The notes under the pieces were generated by a model that worked only from the letters and a program-made list of their open reading frames with translations, searched no databases and was not told the origin of the DNA. Below, piece by piece: positions 1-8,645 of a DNA stretch of 64,000 nt. Source of the DNA: Clostridiales bacterium (GTDB lineage: Bacteria > Bacillota > Clostridia > Lachnospirales > CAG-274); NCBI GenBank assembly GCA_021200955.1, contig JAJQFU010000111.1, positions 214 to 64,213 of the forward strand, written 5' to 3'. The position numbers were made by a program, and so were the translations under genes. The first letter of the stretch is position 1. Each line of letters starts with the position of its first letter.

Positions 1-386
1 CTTGATGTGCTTCACGCATCACCGCTTGGGGCGTATGCCGTAGTAATCTGTTTTTTGTAATATCATTTTTTATCAAGCACTAAAATCCTGAAATCTTTGC
101 GGTGTCAAAGATGAATATAAGAAATTTTACACATTTAACGCTTATGAGCTATATTTTATTATAATATATAGATAATATATATTAAAAAATGCTTGAAAAT
201 GTGTCAAATGTGTAAAATTATAATTAATTGACTGCTGCCATTATCTGTTTCAAAATAAGTGCTGTGTAATAGATGTTTTCAGTAAAGTAGGAATGTTATT
301 TTTTATATAAGGTTTTAAGACTATACTCTTGAACTTTAAACTTTTGATATTTCCTGCTTTATATTGCCCAATGTAAGATTACCAAC

Positions 387-752
387 CTACTCTTTTATTA
401 ATAATTTATCAATGGAGGCTCTCTCTTTAAAAGTACATTCATCTATTATATTAAATAGTGACCAACTATTGCTATCAAAATGATAAACAATAAAATCATT
501 TTCTCCGCAGTCGACAACAGGGATAATTTTTAATTTTATAAAATCTACGTGTAAATCATTCTCTGCTTCTGCAATCTCGGAAAAGGATAATATTCTGCTT
601 CCATCGTCAAAGAAGACACTCTTATCAGAGTATGAAATAATTTGTTTTATGGTTTCGCAAATTTTATATTCATATATATCCTCAAGTTTGCGTACCCTTT
701 CAGTTGAAATTTTGCACTTGCCGATTTCCTTCAAATACTCTTTTTTAGTCAT
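387..752 (-). CDS. SUKH/SMI1-KNR4-like immunity protein, likely cognate to the upstream AHH nuclease
   Basis: 121-aa ORF that begins 1 nt after the stop of the nuclease ORF. It is a small acidic protein with the segment IIPVVDCGENDFIVYHF..W.LFN, which resembles SUKH-superfamily immunity proteins. The assignment rests on motif recall and on its position after a toxin gene. Confidence 0.5.
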   Translation of the reverse strand: MTKKEYLKEIGKCKISTERVRKLEDIYEYKICETIKQIISYSDKSVFFDDGSRILSFSEIAEAENDLHVDFIKLKIIPVVDCGENDFIVYHFDSNSWSLFNIIDECTFKERASIDKLLIKE

Positions 753-753
753 T

Positions 754-1320
754 TTATCTGCCTCCTAACATTGTATCCAGCTTGCTGTAAGGGCTGTCAG
801 GTGAATGTATTCCCTGTTTATCATAATGCTCATTTGCATGCAGAGGGGTTATATTGTCAACCTCATTTTTACCGCCCATACTCAAAGGCTGAATATGATG
901 TGCATCATAATCTCCTCCGGCTTGTCTTATAATCTTTCCGTTTGCAGAATACACATCTTCTTCATACTTGGGCCACTCCTGTCCGTTTTTAGTTTCCCAT
1001 TGGCTTTTCAAATCGCCTTTTATATCGTTAAATTCTTCACGTTTTTCGGCAACTTCCTCAGGTGATAATTTTTCCAAATCAGATGCTTCAATAGGATTTT
1101 CGGGAAGAGTTTCGGGACAATCGGAGCGATTTTGCAAATCATCATAATAGTCATTTAAAACTTCCTTTAAATCGTTCTCCTGAACATCTGCAGGAGATTC
1201 ACCGTAATCATCGGAAAACATTTTTTCAAATGTATCCTTTGCTTCGGGATCTACTTCTATTTTAGACTCCGGAGTTTCAATATTTTCCAAACCTTCTAAT
1301 GCCAAACCTTTGCCTAACAT
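754..1320 (-). CDS. AHH-family HNH/EndoVII-fold nuclease (toxin-type effector) without a trafficking domain
   Basis: The C-terminus GGDYDAHHIQPLSMGGKNEVDNITPLHANEH carries the AHH motif plus downstream N/H residues of the HNH fold. The acidic N-terminal ~120 aa has no signal peptide and no LXG, WXG or Rhs-type region. An RBS-like AAGGGGG lies ~10 nt upstream of the ATG. The gene starts 16 nt after the ATPase stop. Confidence 0.65.
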   Translation of the reverse strand: MLGKGLALEGLENIETPESKIEVDPEAKDTFEKMFSDDYGESPADVQENDLKEVLNDYYDDLQNRSDCPETLPENPIEASDLEKLSPEEVAEKREEFNDIKGDLKSQWETKNGQEWPKYEEDVYSANGKIIRQAGGDYDAHHIQPLSMGGKNEVDNITPLHANEHYDKQGIHSPDSPYSKLDTMLGGR

Positions 1321-1336
1321 TTATGCCTTACCCCCT

Positions 1337-4300
1337 TTATTTTTTTATATATTTAAAGAACTCATTATATAGTTCAGATGACAAATTATTTTTCTTGGCC
1401 TCGTTGAACTCGTTTACTATTATACCGAGTATTTTATCTCTTTCTGTCTTTTCAAGCTGTGAAATATCCGGCTCCAAAGCCTCAAGCATTAAATCATACC
1501 ATAAGCCCATATTTTTTCTTTCGGCGTTTGATAATCCCAAAGCAGTTTCCGAATTGATAACACCATAGATGATTTTGCTTCTGAGATTTTTGATTTTATC
1601 AATGCTTTCCTCTTTTATAAACCTAAAAATATTTGCCTTTGTTTCTGCCGTAAGCTGCATTTTGTAAACAGAATTTTCGAGCTTTTTGATCTCATTTTTA
1701 TCAAAACCGAACTTTTCATATGCAGGCTGAAGTATATATTTAACTAATTTTGCTTTTTGTTTATTATCGTAATCTTTATCTGAAATACGGGGTGAATACT
1801 TAAAACCTTCACCGTTTTCATTCTTAAATTCTTTTACCTTGCAAAGGACAGGCTCAAGCCAGTTATTTTGATAAACTGCCGCAACACCTGTTTCCAGTTT
1901 GGAAAGCTCTGTTATCTGGTCATCATTAAGGGCTGCAGCCTTACCCACAAGCTCTCTGTCGGAGAGGTCGGGGAGTCTTAATATAATCTTGGTATTAGTA
2001 TTTCTGATAACAGACATATCAAGAAGTCCCGGCGACTGGTCGGCTATTATAAAGCCCTCGCCGTAGGTTCTCATTTCGGCTATGGAATTAGCAAGCATTT
2101 CAACAGATTTGCCTAAAAGATTTGAGGTTTCGGAGGACTGTTCTGTTGAGGTATGTTTGAGAAGATTGTGAGCTTCTTCAAGAACGGTCAAGTGTTTAAG
2201 CTGACTGTTGCTGTTGGTTCTTGCTGACATTCTGTATTCCTGCATCTTCATAACAAGCAGACCCATTATAAGAGATTTTGTTTCCGTTGAGCCTACACGG
2301 CTTAAATCTATGATAACATTTTCATCGTATAATTCTTCGTCTGAAAGCTCATTGGCGGTAAAAATCTGACTGTACAAGCCGTTTGTCAAGGACTTAACTC
2401 TTGTACACAAAGCACCTGTATAATCTCCCTTGCTGTCTGAGGAATATTTAGACTCTTCCATAACAACATTAATCTGCTGTAAAACATCAACAAAACCGGG
2501 ATAAAGCTTAACGCCCTCATCACTTATATATTTACATTCGGATTGGTTTAAATCCCAGCCCGCCTTAATATAAGCTCTTTCAACAGCATCCTTCAAAACT
2601 GCCGGCATAGCCGCATACATAGGCCAGCAGACATTAAATATTTCAATAAGCCTGTCTATGTGTTCCAAAACGTGAACATCTTCGGGAAAACTGAAAGGAT
2701 TTATCCTTAGCAAATCGGTCTTTTTGTTGTTTGTGCCGTAAACACTGACATCATTTCTGCCGCCGAAAACGTCTTTATACTCGCCTTTTGCAGGCTCTAC
2801 TACAAGAAACTTTACGCCCTGTTTATCGGCTTCATTTAATATATGATAAACGGCATTTGACTTACCCGAACCTGTTGAGCCTGTAATAAAGGTATGAGAA
2901 GCAAGTCCCTCAATATTCAAATCCACATTTGAACCCGTTTCAACCTGACCCATATGATAAACTTTGCCGAGATTTATTTCTCTTGAATCCTCAGCAGCTT
3001 TAAGTCCTTTATCCGTTACATTTCTGCCGAATTCAGCGTGCTCAATTACGGGAAGTCCGTAAACGGAACGAGTAGGCAGACCTAAATGCAAAGGCAGTTC
3101 CATACCGCTGACAACTGTTCCGGCAGTATAGGCTATAAAATTCTCTCCTGTTTTTATATTATCTGTAAGGGGCATAGCAAATATTGGATGAACAAATCTT
3201 TTCAAATATTCTTTTATAGCAGAAATTTTAGCATTATTTGTGTTTGCTTTTTCTTCTTCTGCCTCATCTTTGCCTTTGTAATTTATATAATTCCATGTAT
3301 TAATTGCTCCGCTTTCTACGGAAGAACCTTCGCCTATCATTAAAGCCCTGTATGTATTGGCAGCCAAAAGACTTGTTTCTTGTTTAGCCGCTAAAAAATA
3401 AGCTCCGCAGCTGTAAGCACCGTAGTCCTCGCCTTCCTGTGTTCTTTTAAGCTGTTCTTCAATACGTTTAAGCATTTCCTGAATAGGCTTATTTGTATTT
3501 TCAATTTGAAGGGTTTTGCCGGTTCCGGTTGTATCTGTTGTTCCTTTTGTTTCGGTTCTGGTTTTGCTTTTGGTATCTATTTTGGTTTTCCCTTCGGAGT
3601 CGGTATCGGCTTTTCCCTTGTTTACTGCTCCGAACATACCGAGGTTTTTGCCTATTGAGTTTGTAATACCGCTTGCGGTGGATACACCTCTTAAAGCTCC
3701 GCCTATAGCCCCTGCTGCCATCATTGCACCGCCCACAACAGGTACTGCAACTGACACAGCTTTTCCAATTATATTTATTGCATTTATTAAACCTTGTGAA
3801 TTTCCCGACATACCCCCTAATGCACTGCCTAATCTTGAAACACCTGTGGGAGAGGTAGTTGATGAAGAGGTTCCGGAGTTGGTTGAACCGCTGAAATTAA
3901 GTTCCATACTCCAACCGGAGCTGTTTGTGTGAGCCTGTGTAGAATTTGTTCCCTCTGAAACGGAGTTGGAAATTCCTTCGCTTAAGCTTTCCATAACAGC
4001 TTTACTTTCGTTTTCGTTATAGGACCATATACTTTTTCCGAAAGAGGAAAGAGTACTGTATAAACTTTCATAACCGCCTCTTACCTCAGCCAGTTCATTC
4101 ACTGAAATAGGCTCGGCAATAAATACGGCTGTATAAGAGTTCCCCTTCATAGTGTCAATAAATCTTTCGATTCCCTGAATAAAAGATTTGTTTTCTGTTT
4201 TTGACTTATCCCTTATAGATGCAACACAGGATACGGAAGAAATATTTTTAACATGATCTCCGAATATTTCGTCAATAGTATTTTTAGCCGATATGTTTTC

Positions 4301-4726
4301 AGTTTTTGTGCCGGGAAAGTTGCTGTTAATACCGTTTTTAAGAGTATTAAAAGAGGTTCTCAGGTTTAGCTTGTCTGTGCTGCTGTAGCCTTGATTTCTT
4401 ACACCTATGTATATACCTATCGGAGAATTATTTGTCGGTGCATCAACTATAACAGCGAGATTACATCCTAAAAGCATACTTGAATGATAAACAGTAGCAA
4501 GCTTTTGGAATATATCTTCTCCCTTTTTACAAGTCAATTCTTCAAGCTTAAAGAAACGCAGACAATTATCAGCTGCTTCGTCTTTTAAACTTTCGGACGG
4601 AGATATAACGGGATACTTGTCCAACTCCGTAAGATACCTCTTATATACGGTATGCTCGGCTAAAGCCAAGCTTTTTGTCAGTTCCGTATAATTTCTTATA
4701 TCTATATCATTTGCCATATATTTCAC
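1337..4726 (-). CDS. giant HerA/DUF87-like (FtsK-HerA superfamily) P-loop ATPase with an N-terminal low-complexity and glycine-zipper insert
   Basis: Walker A is FITGSTGSGKSN (about nt 2856-2885). Walker B-like is HLTVLEEAHNLL. It has DUF87/HerA-like blocks LVVEPAKGEY and FIIADQSPGLLD..VIRNTNTKIILRLPD. The N-terminal ~550 aa is of unknown fold, with an S/T/G-rich region and a hydrophobic segment AVSVAVPVVGGAMMAAGAIGGALRGV. Confidence 0.7.
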   Translation of the reverse strand: MKYMANDIDIRNYTELTKSLALAEHTVYKRYLTELDKYPVISPSESLKDEAADNCLRFFKLEELTCKKGEDIFQKLATVYHSSMLLGCNLAVIVDAPTNNSPIGIYIGVRNQGYSSTDKLNLRTSFNTLKNGINSNFPGTKTENISAKNTIDEIFGDHVKNISSVSCVASIRDKSKTENKSFIQGIERFIDTMKGNSYTAVFIAEPISVNELAEVRGGYESLYSTLSSFGKSIWSYNENESKAVMESLSEGISNSVSEGTNSTQAHTNSSGWSMELNFSGSTNSGTSSSTTSPTGVSRLGSALGGMSGNSQGLINAINIIGKAVSVAVPVVGGAMMAAGAIGGALRGVSTASGITNSIGKNLGMFGAVNKGKADTDSEGKTKIDTKSKTRTETKGTTDTTGTGKTLQIENTNKPIQEMLKRIEEQLKRTQEGEDYGAYSCGAYFLAAKQETSLLAANTYRALMIGEGSSVESGAINTWNYINYKGKDEAEEEKANTNNAKISAIKEYLKRFVHPIFAMPLTDNIKTGENFIAYTAGTVVSGMELPLHLGLPTRSVYGLPVIEHAEFGRNVTDKGLKAAEDSREINLGKVYHMGQVETGSNVDLNIEGLASHTFITGSTGSGKSNAVYHILNEADKQGVKFLVVEPAKGEYKDVFGGRNDVSVYGTNNKKTDLLRINPFSFPEDVHVLEHIDRLIEIFNVCWPMYAAMPAVLKDAVERAYIKAGWDLNQSECKYISDEGVKLYPGFVDVLQQINVVMEESKYSSDSKGDYTGALCTRVKSLTNGLYSQIFTANELSDEELYDENVIIDLSRVGSTETKSLIMGLLVMKMQEYRMSARTNSNSQLKHLTVLEEAHNLLKHTSTEQSSETSNLLGKSVEMLANSIAEMRTYGEGFIIADQSPGLLDMSVIRNTNTKIILRLPDLSDRELVGKAAALNDDQITELSKLETGVAAVYQNNWLEPVLCKVKEFKNENGEGFKYSPRISDKDYDNKQKAKLVKYILQPAYEKFGFDKNEIKKLENSVYKMQLTAETKANIFRFIKEESIDKIKNLRSKIIYGVINSETALGLSNAERKNMGLWYDLMLEALEPDISQLEKTERDKILGIIVNEFNEAKKNNLSSELYNEFFKYIKK

Positions 4727-4745
4727 CCTCTAAAATTATATAAAA

Positions 4746-6650
4746 TTATTCTCCGTAAAGAATCCTTTTTGCTCCCTGATGTCCTTGTTCGGCTGCCAGT
4801 TTAAGCCATTTTTGAGCTTCCGTTCGGTTTTCTTTTACTAGATAACAGTATCCCAAACTGTATTGAGCGTAAGCGTTTCCCTGTTCAGCTGCTTTTCGAT
4901 ACCATTTTGCCGCCTCATCATAATTTAATTCATGGCCGCTGTACTTTGCGTCATAGTAATAATCTGCTAAATTACACTGGGCATACATATTTCCCTGTTC
5001 AGCCGCTTTTCTGAACCATTCCGAAGCTTTTTTATAATTTTGCGTAATACCTAAACCATCTCTACAACAAATACCGACATAGTTTTGAGCAGAGGCGTGA
5101 CCTTGAACAGCTGCTTCCCTAAAACGTGAGTAAGCCTGTTTATAATCCTTTTTTACTCCCTTACCTAAATAATAACAAAGTCCCAAATTATATTGAGCGG
5201 AAATATGTCCTTGATTTGCTGCCCTAAAATACCAATTTGCAGCTTCTTCAAGGTTTTTCTGCTTAACTCCTTTAGCCGTTTCATAACAAAGCCCAAGCAT
5301 ATATTGAGCTTCGGTAATTCCCTGTTCGGCTGCTATTCTGAAGCAGTTTAATGCTTCTCTGTAGTTTTGTTCTATGCCTCTGCCGTAATAATAGCACTGC
5401 CCTAAAAAATATCTTGCAGCGGCATCTTTTTTCTTGGCAGCCCTTTTAAACCACTTAACGGCTTCTTCATAATTTTGTCCAACACCATGTCCGTCATAAT
5501 AGCATAGTCCCAAAGCACGTTGAGAAAAAACATTTCCCTGTTCAGCCGCAGATAAAAATAATTTTGCGGCTTCGCTATAATCTTGCTCTACTCCGTTTCC
5601 TAACATATAACAGTTTCCCAAATTGTTTTGAGCATCGGCAAATCCCTGTTTAGCTGCCAATTTATACCATTTAACCGCTTCTCTCCAATTCTGCTTAACT
5701 CCGCAGTCACCGTTTGCATAGAAAACACCGAGATTATACTGAGCCTTGACATAACCTTGCTGCGCAGCTTCTTTAAACCATTTTATGGCATCTTTTTTGT
5801 CCTGCTTTTCATTCTGTTTGGCATTGTATTCCCATACTGAATGTGAGTTTGGATTTTCGCCGTTTTGAAGCATTACTGCCAGTTTGTATTGTGCCTCGGC
5901 AAAGCCTTGCTCTGCAGATTTAAGATACCATTTATAGGCTTCGGACAAATCCTTTTTTGTTCCTTTGCCCTCGTAATAATACAAGCCCATTTTAAACTCT
6001 GCTTCCGCATTTCCGGTTTCAACAGCTTCTTTTAAATAAGAAAATGCCTTGCTGTAGTTTACTACTCCGTTTAAAGCATCATAATAAAATTCAAACATTC
6101 TTATTTTAGCCAGTATATTTCCTTTGTCTGCGGCGGCTTCAAAATACGAAAAGGCTTTTGAAATTGCCAAGTCTCTGTCTTCATTAATATCGTTGATTTT
6201 TCCGTTATAAAAATCTAAATAATATTCTCCTGTCTTATATGAAGCCTTGGCATCTCCGTCTTTGGCAGCTTTAGAATAAAAGTTAAGAGCGTTTTCATTG
6301 GAACCCTTGTGTTCAGCTTTTTTTGCTTTGTCAAGGTTTATGCTTACGGCTTCTTCCTTTGATATTTCATCGGCATGGTTTTCAAAACCAAGCTCATTGA
6401 TACACTGTAAAAAAACATCTTTATTTTCTTCAGAGCCCTGAAAATCAAAGAAGATAGAAGAATTGTAATCATCTGCAAAATTTCTTATTTCTTCAACTAA
6501 GCCCCTCCAGCCGTCTCTGCCGTTTGAAGGAACAAACCACTCACTGACAGGTTTATCCTCAATGGCATAAATATTATCCATTTCCATATCATCAACCGTA
6601 ATTGATAAATAATCCTCATTGTATTTAATTTCAACTCTGATTTGTTCCAT
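4746..6650 (-). CDS. Sel1-like repeat (SLR) protein with a unique ~110-aa N-terminal domain
   Basis: About 14 tandem ~36-aa repeats follow the pattern A.KW(Y/F).(K/R)AAEQG...AQ..LG.CY..G.GV.Q(N/D)Y.EA. The first ~110 aa are non-repetitive. The gene lies 19 nt upstream of the ATPase gene. Confidence 0.85.
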   Translation of the reverse strand: MEQIRVEIKYNEDYLSITVDDMEMDNIYAIEDKPVSEWFVPSNGRDGWRGLVEEIRNFADDYNSSIFFDFQGSEENKDVFLQCINELGFENHADEISKEEAVSINLDKAKKAEHKGSNENALNFYSKAAKDGDAKASYKTGEYYLDFYNGKINDINEDRDLAISKAFSYFEAAADKGNILAKIRMFEFYYDALNGVVNYSKAFSYLKEAVETGNAEAEFKMGLYYYEGKGTKKDLSEAYKWYLKSAEQGFAEAQYKLAVMLQNGENPNSHSVWEYNAKQNEKQDKKDAIKWFKEAAQQGYVKAQYNLGVFYANGDCGVKQNWREAVKWYKLAAKQGFADAQNNLGNCYMLGNGVEQDYSEAAKLFLSAAEQGNVFSQRALGLCYYDGHGVGQNYEEAVKWFKRAAKKKDAAARYFLGQCYYYGRGIEQNYREALNCFRIAAEQGITEAQYMLGLCYETAKGVKQKNLEEAANWYFRAANQGHISAQYNLGLCYYLGKGVKKDYKQAYSRFREAAVQGHASAQNYVGICCRDGLGITQNYKKASEWFRKAAEQGNMYAQCNLADYYYDAKYSGHELNYDEAAKWYRKAAEQGNAYAQYSLGYCYLVKENRTEAQKWLKLAAEQGHQGAKRILYGE

Positions 6651-6662
6651 TTTTTAGCCTCC

Positions 6663-7622
6663 TTATATATATTTAATGTTTTCTATATTATCTCCCTGAC
6701 TCCGAAGCCACATATCAATACTCTTGCCGAAAACTTCGGCGGTGAAAGTGGGACCGGATTCATCTTGAGAGATTATTCTTGCAGTAGGCAGTCTGTCCAA
6801 AACCGATTCTATGGAATCACCGGTGTATTTAAAGGTGATTTTTTGGAGCTTGCCGCCGTACATAAACTGAATACGCTTTCGAAATTCGCCTTCTTCAAAC
6901 CTGTCTTTGTATGGAATATGGAAGGTTTCGTTAAGGATTTTCAACTTTTGTATACGGTCTATACGGTAGATAGTGGGGAAGGAGTCATTTATGACATCGA
7001 AGTCTTTCTTGACCTCTTCATCATCTATAAAGGCTGTCAGATAGAAATAGTATTCTGAAAACATAATCGCCAGCGGCTTAAGCTTACGTTTGACAATAGT
7101 TTTGTCTTTGGTTCGGAGGTAGTCTATTTCTATATATTTGGTTTTCCTTATTGCTTGACCCAACTCCCACATTATATCTATAAATACCTTGCCATGATGC
7201 GGCTCAATATAGTGAAACTCCTCATTGCTTATCAAATCCCTAACAAGCCTTTGATTTTCTTTGGGAACACACATTTCTATGAGCTTATCAATCATATTCT
7301 GCATCTCAGGCTTGGTAAAGGCTCTGCTGTCCAAAAGTATTTTACAGATTGCCAAAATTTCACTGTTGGACAGTTTGGAATTGTAAACTCTTTCAAGATA
7401 GTAGCCTTTGGCCTTGCGGTCATAAACTATATTGTCAAAGGAGCCGTAACGGCTGTTGGTACTGATATAATTTCTTATTTCATCAATATCACGCTGAATG
7501 GTCTTTTCACTGACTCCGAAGCGGATTGCTGTCTCTCTTTTGTTTATGATTTCGCCATCCATAAAACGCTTGTACATTTCAAGTATCCTGCTTAATCTGT
7601 TTGTAATTTCGTTGTCAGCCAT
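6663..7622 (-). CDS. WYL-domain transcriptional regulator (N-terminal HTH plus WYL)
   Basis: The N-terminal segment RETAIRFGVSEKTIQRDIDEIR resembles a DeoR/HTH_11-type helix-turn-helix. The central segment IEIDYLRTKDKTIVRKLKPLAIMFSEYYFYLTAF matches the WYL-domain pattern. It is the first gene of the five-gene operon, with a 12-nt gap to the Sel1 gene. Confidence 0.75.
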   Translation of the reverse strand: MADNEITNRLSRILEMYKRFMDGEIINKRETAIRFGVSEKTIQRDIDEIRNYISTNSRYGSFDNIVYDRKAKGYYLERVYNSKLSNSEILAICKILLDSRAFTKPEMQNMIDKLIEMCVPKENQRLVRDLISNEEFHYIEPHHGKVFIDIMWELGQAIRKTKYIEIDYLRTKDKTIVKRKLKPLAIMFSEYYFYLTAFIDDEEVKKDFDVINDSFPTIYRIDRIQKLKILNETFHIPYKDRFEEGEFRKRIQFMYGGKLQKITFKYTGDSIESVLDRLPTARIISQDESGPTFTAEVFGKSIDMWLRSQGDNIENIKYI

Positions 7623-7642
7623 TTTTCTTCACCTCTGACTCT

Positions 7643-7715
7643 ATTATAACAATTTGCATAGACACCCTTATGTCCCTTTGAAGAAATAATTTATTTTTGG
7701 TAAAAATTATTTCTT
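7643..7715 (-). promoter_or_regulatory. candidate promoter and operator of the WYL operon
   Basis: On the minus strand an extended -10 TGTTATAAT (7643-7651) lies ~21 nt upstream of the ATG. A perfect 12-bp AT-rich inverted repeat, AAGAAATAATTT-N11-AAATTATTTCTT (7681-7715), sits just upstream of it. Confidence 0.35.
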
Positions 7716-7808
7716 GCCGAAACGTATACTTTGTGGTATACAAATTTACCAAAGGGCTTTTATGATGATTTTTTTGATGAATTGCTATAAAACCGTTGAT
7801 TTTTGAGC

Positions 7809-7869
7809 AAAAAAATAGTATACTTTAGACAAAGCAGAAAATTCTTTTTTTGTTTGTCTTAAAGTATAC
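7809..7869 (-). terminator. rho-independent terminator after the recombinase gene
   Basis: A 16-bp stem (GTATACTTTAAGACAAA / TTTGTCTAAAGTATAC, with one bulge) is followed on the minus strand by TATTTTTTT. It lies directly after the stop at 7871. Confidence 0.6.
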
Positions 7870-7870
7870 C

Positions 7871-8479
7871 TTATGAAAAATTTGTGTGCATCTTTTCTAT
7901 TTCAGCCATTATTCGATAATAGGAGCTTATGCTGCAGCCGATTATTTTTGTGGCTTCACTGAAAGAAAGCTTATTGTCTTTTACTTTTTCGTAAATGTCT
8001 ATGTAGTATTCGGCATTGTAGACTTTGGATCTGCCGAACTTGACACCTTTTGATTTTGCAACGGCTATGCCTTCTGCTTGCCGCTGCCTTATATTTTCTC
8101 TTTCGTTTTCGGCAACAAAGCTGAGAATCTGTAAGACAATATCGCTTATGAATGTACCGAACAGGTCTTTGTTTTTGGTTGTGTCAAGCAAAGGCATGTC
8201 TAAAACAACTATATCGGCATTTTTCTTGTATGTAATAATTCGCCACTGCTCAATGATTTCACTGTAATTCCTGCCCAGTCTGTCAATGCTCTTGATTACC
8301 ATAATATCATTTTTTCGCAGCTTGCTTACAAGCTTTTTATAATTTGCCCTATCAAAATCCTTTCCGCTTTGCTTGTCCGCAAAAATATTTTTGTCTTTAA
8401 CTCCGTATGTATTTAAAGCAACAATCTGCCTGTCTTCGTTTTGTTCCTTAGACGAAACCCTGACATAGCCGTAAAGCAT
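7871..8479 (-). CDS. small serine recombinase (resolvase/invertase family)
   Basis: MLYGYVRVSSKEQNEDRQ carries the catalytic-Ser motif and IKSIDRLGRN is also present. The C-terminus is HTH-like. I moved the start to the ATG at 8477-8479, which is preceded by AAGGAAGG. The longer TTG-start ORF would overlap a terminator hairpin. Confidence 0.85.
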   Translation of the reverse strand: MLYGYVRVSSKEQNEDRQIVALNTYGVKDKNIFADKQSGKDFDRANYKKLVSKLRKNDIMVIKSIDRLGRNYSEIIEQWRIITYKKNADIVVLDMPLLDTTKNKDLFGTFISDIVLQILSFVAENERENIRQRQAEGIAVAKSKGVKFGRSKVYNAEYYIDIYEKVKDNKLSFSEATKIIGCSISSYYRIMAEIEKMHTNFS

Positions 8480-8528
8480 AAAAACACCTTCCTTCTTATG
8501 TTGTAAATTAATTTTAACATTAAAAATA

Positions 8529-8570
8529 GACACAAATACCAAATAAATTTTTTAATTCGGTATTTGTGTC
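8529..8570 (-). terminator. hairpin terminator downstream of the DUF4143 ATPase gene
   Basis: A perfect 12-bp inverted repeat GACACAAATACC / GGTATTTGTGTC has an 18-nt loop. A T-rich run follows on the minus strand. Confidence 0.45.
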
Positions 8571-8645
8571 TTTACTTATTCTTATAGATAATATATAAGT
8601 CAAAAATGTTCTTTTACGATAATATGGCTATGAGTTAATTATGAT

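Noticed and set aside
3516-3932. 138-aa plus-strand ORF rich in Pro/Val/Ala, antisense to the ATPase gene
   Set aside because: It is the mirror image of the Gly/Ser/Thr low-complexity region of the ATPase. It has no RBS or motif. The same applies to the other antisense shadow ORFs, for example 805-1065, 3086-3343, 5628-5840, 6642-7058 and 7155-7595.
8480-8542. 21-codon TTG-initiated extension of the recombinase ORF, and the 12-bp inverted repeat at 8529-8570 as a possible invertase crossover site
   Set aside because: The catalytic-Ser motif begins right after the internal ATG, which has an RBS. The inverted repeat is followed by a T-run on the minus strand. It is better explained as the terminator of the upstream DUF4143 gene. 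I found no second matching repeat that would define an invertible segment.
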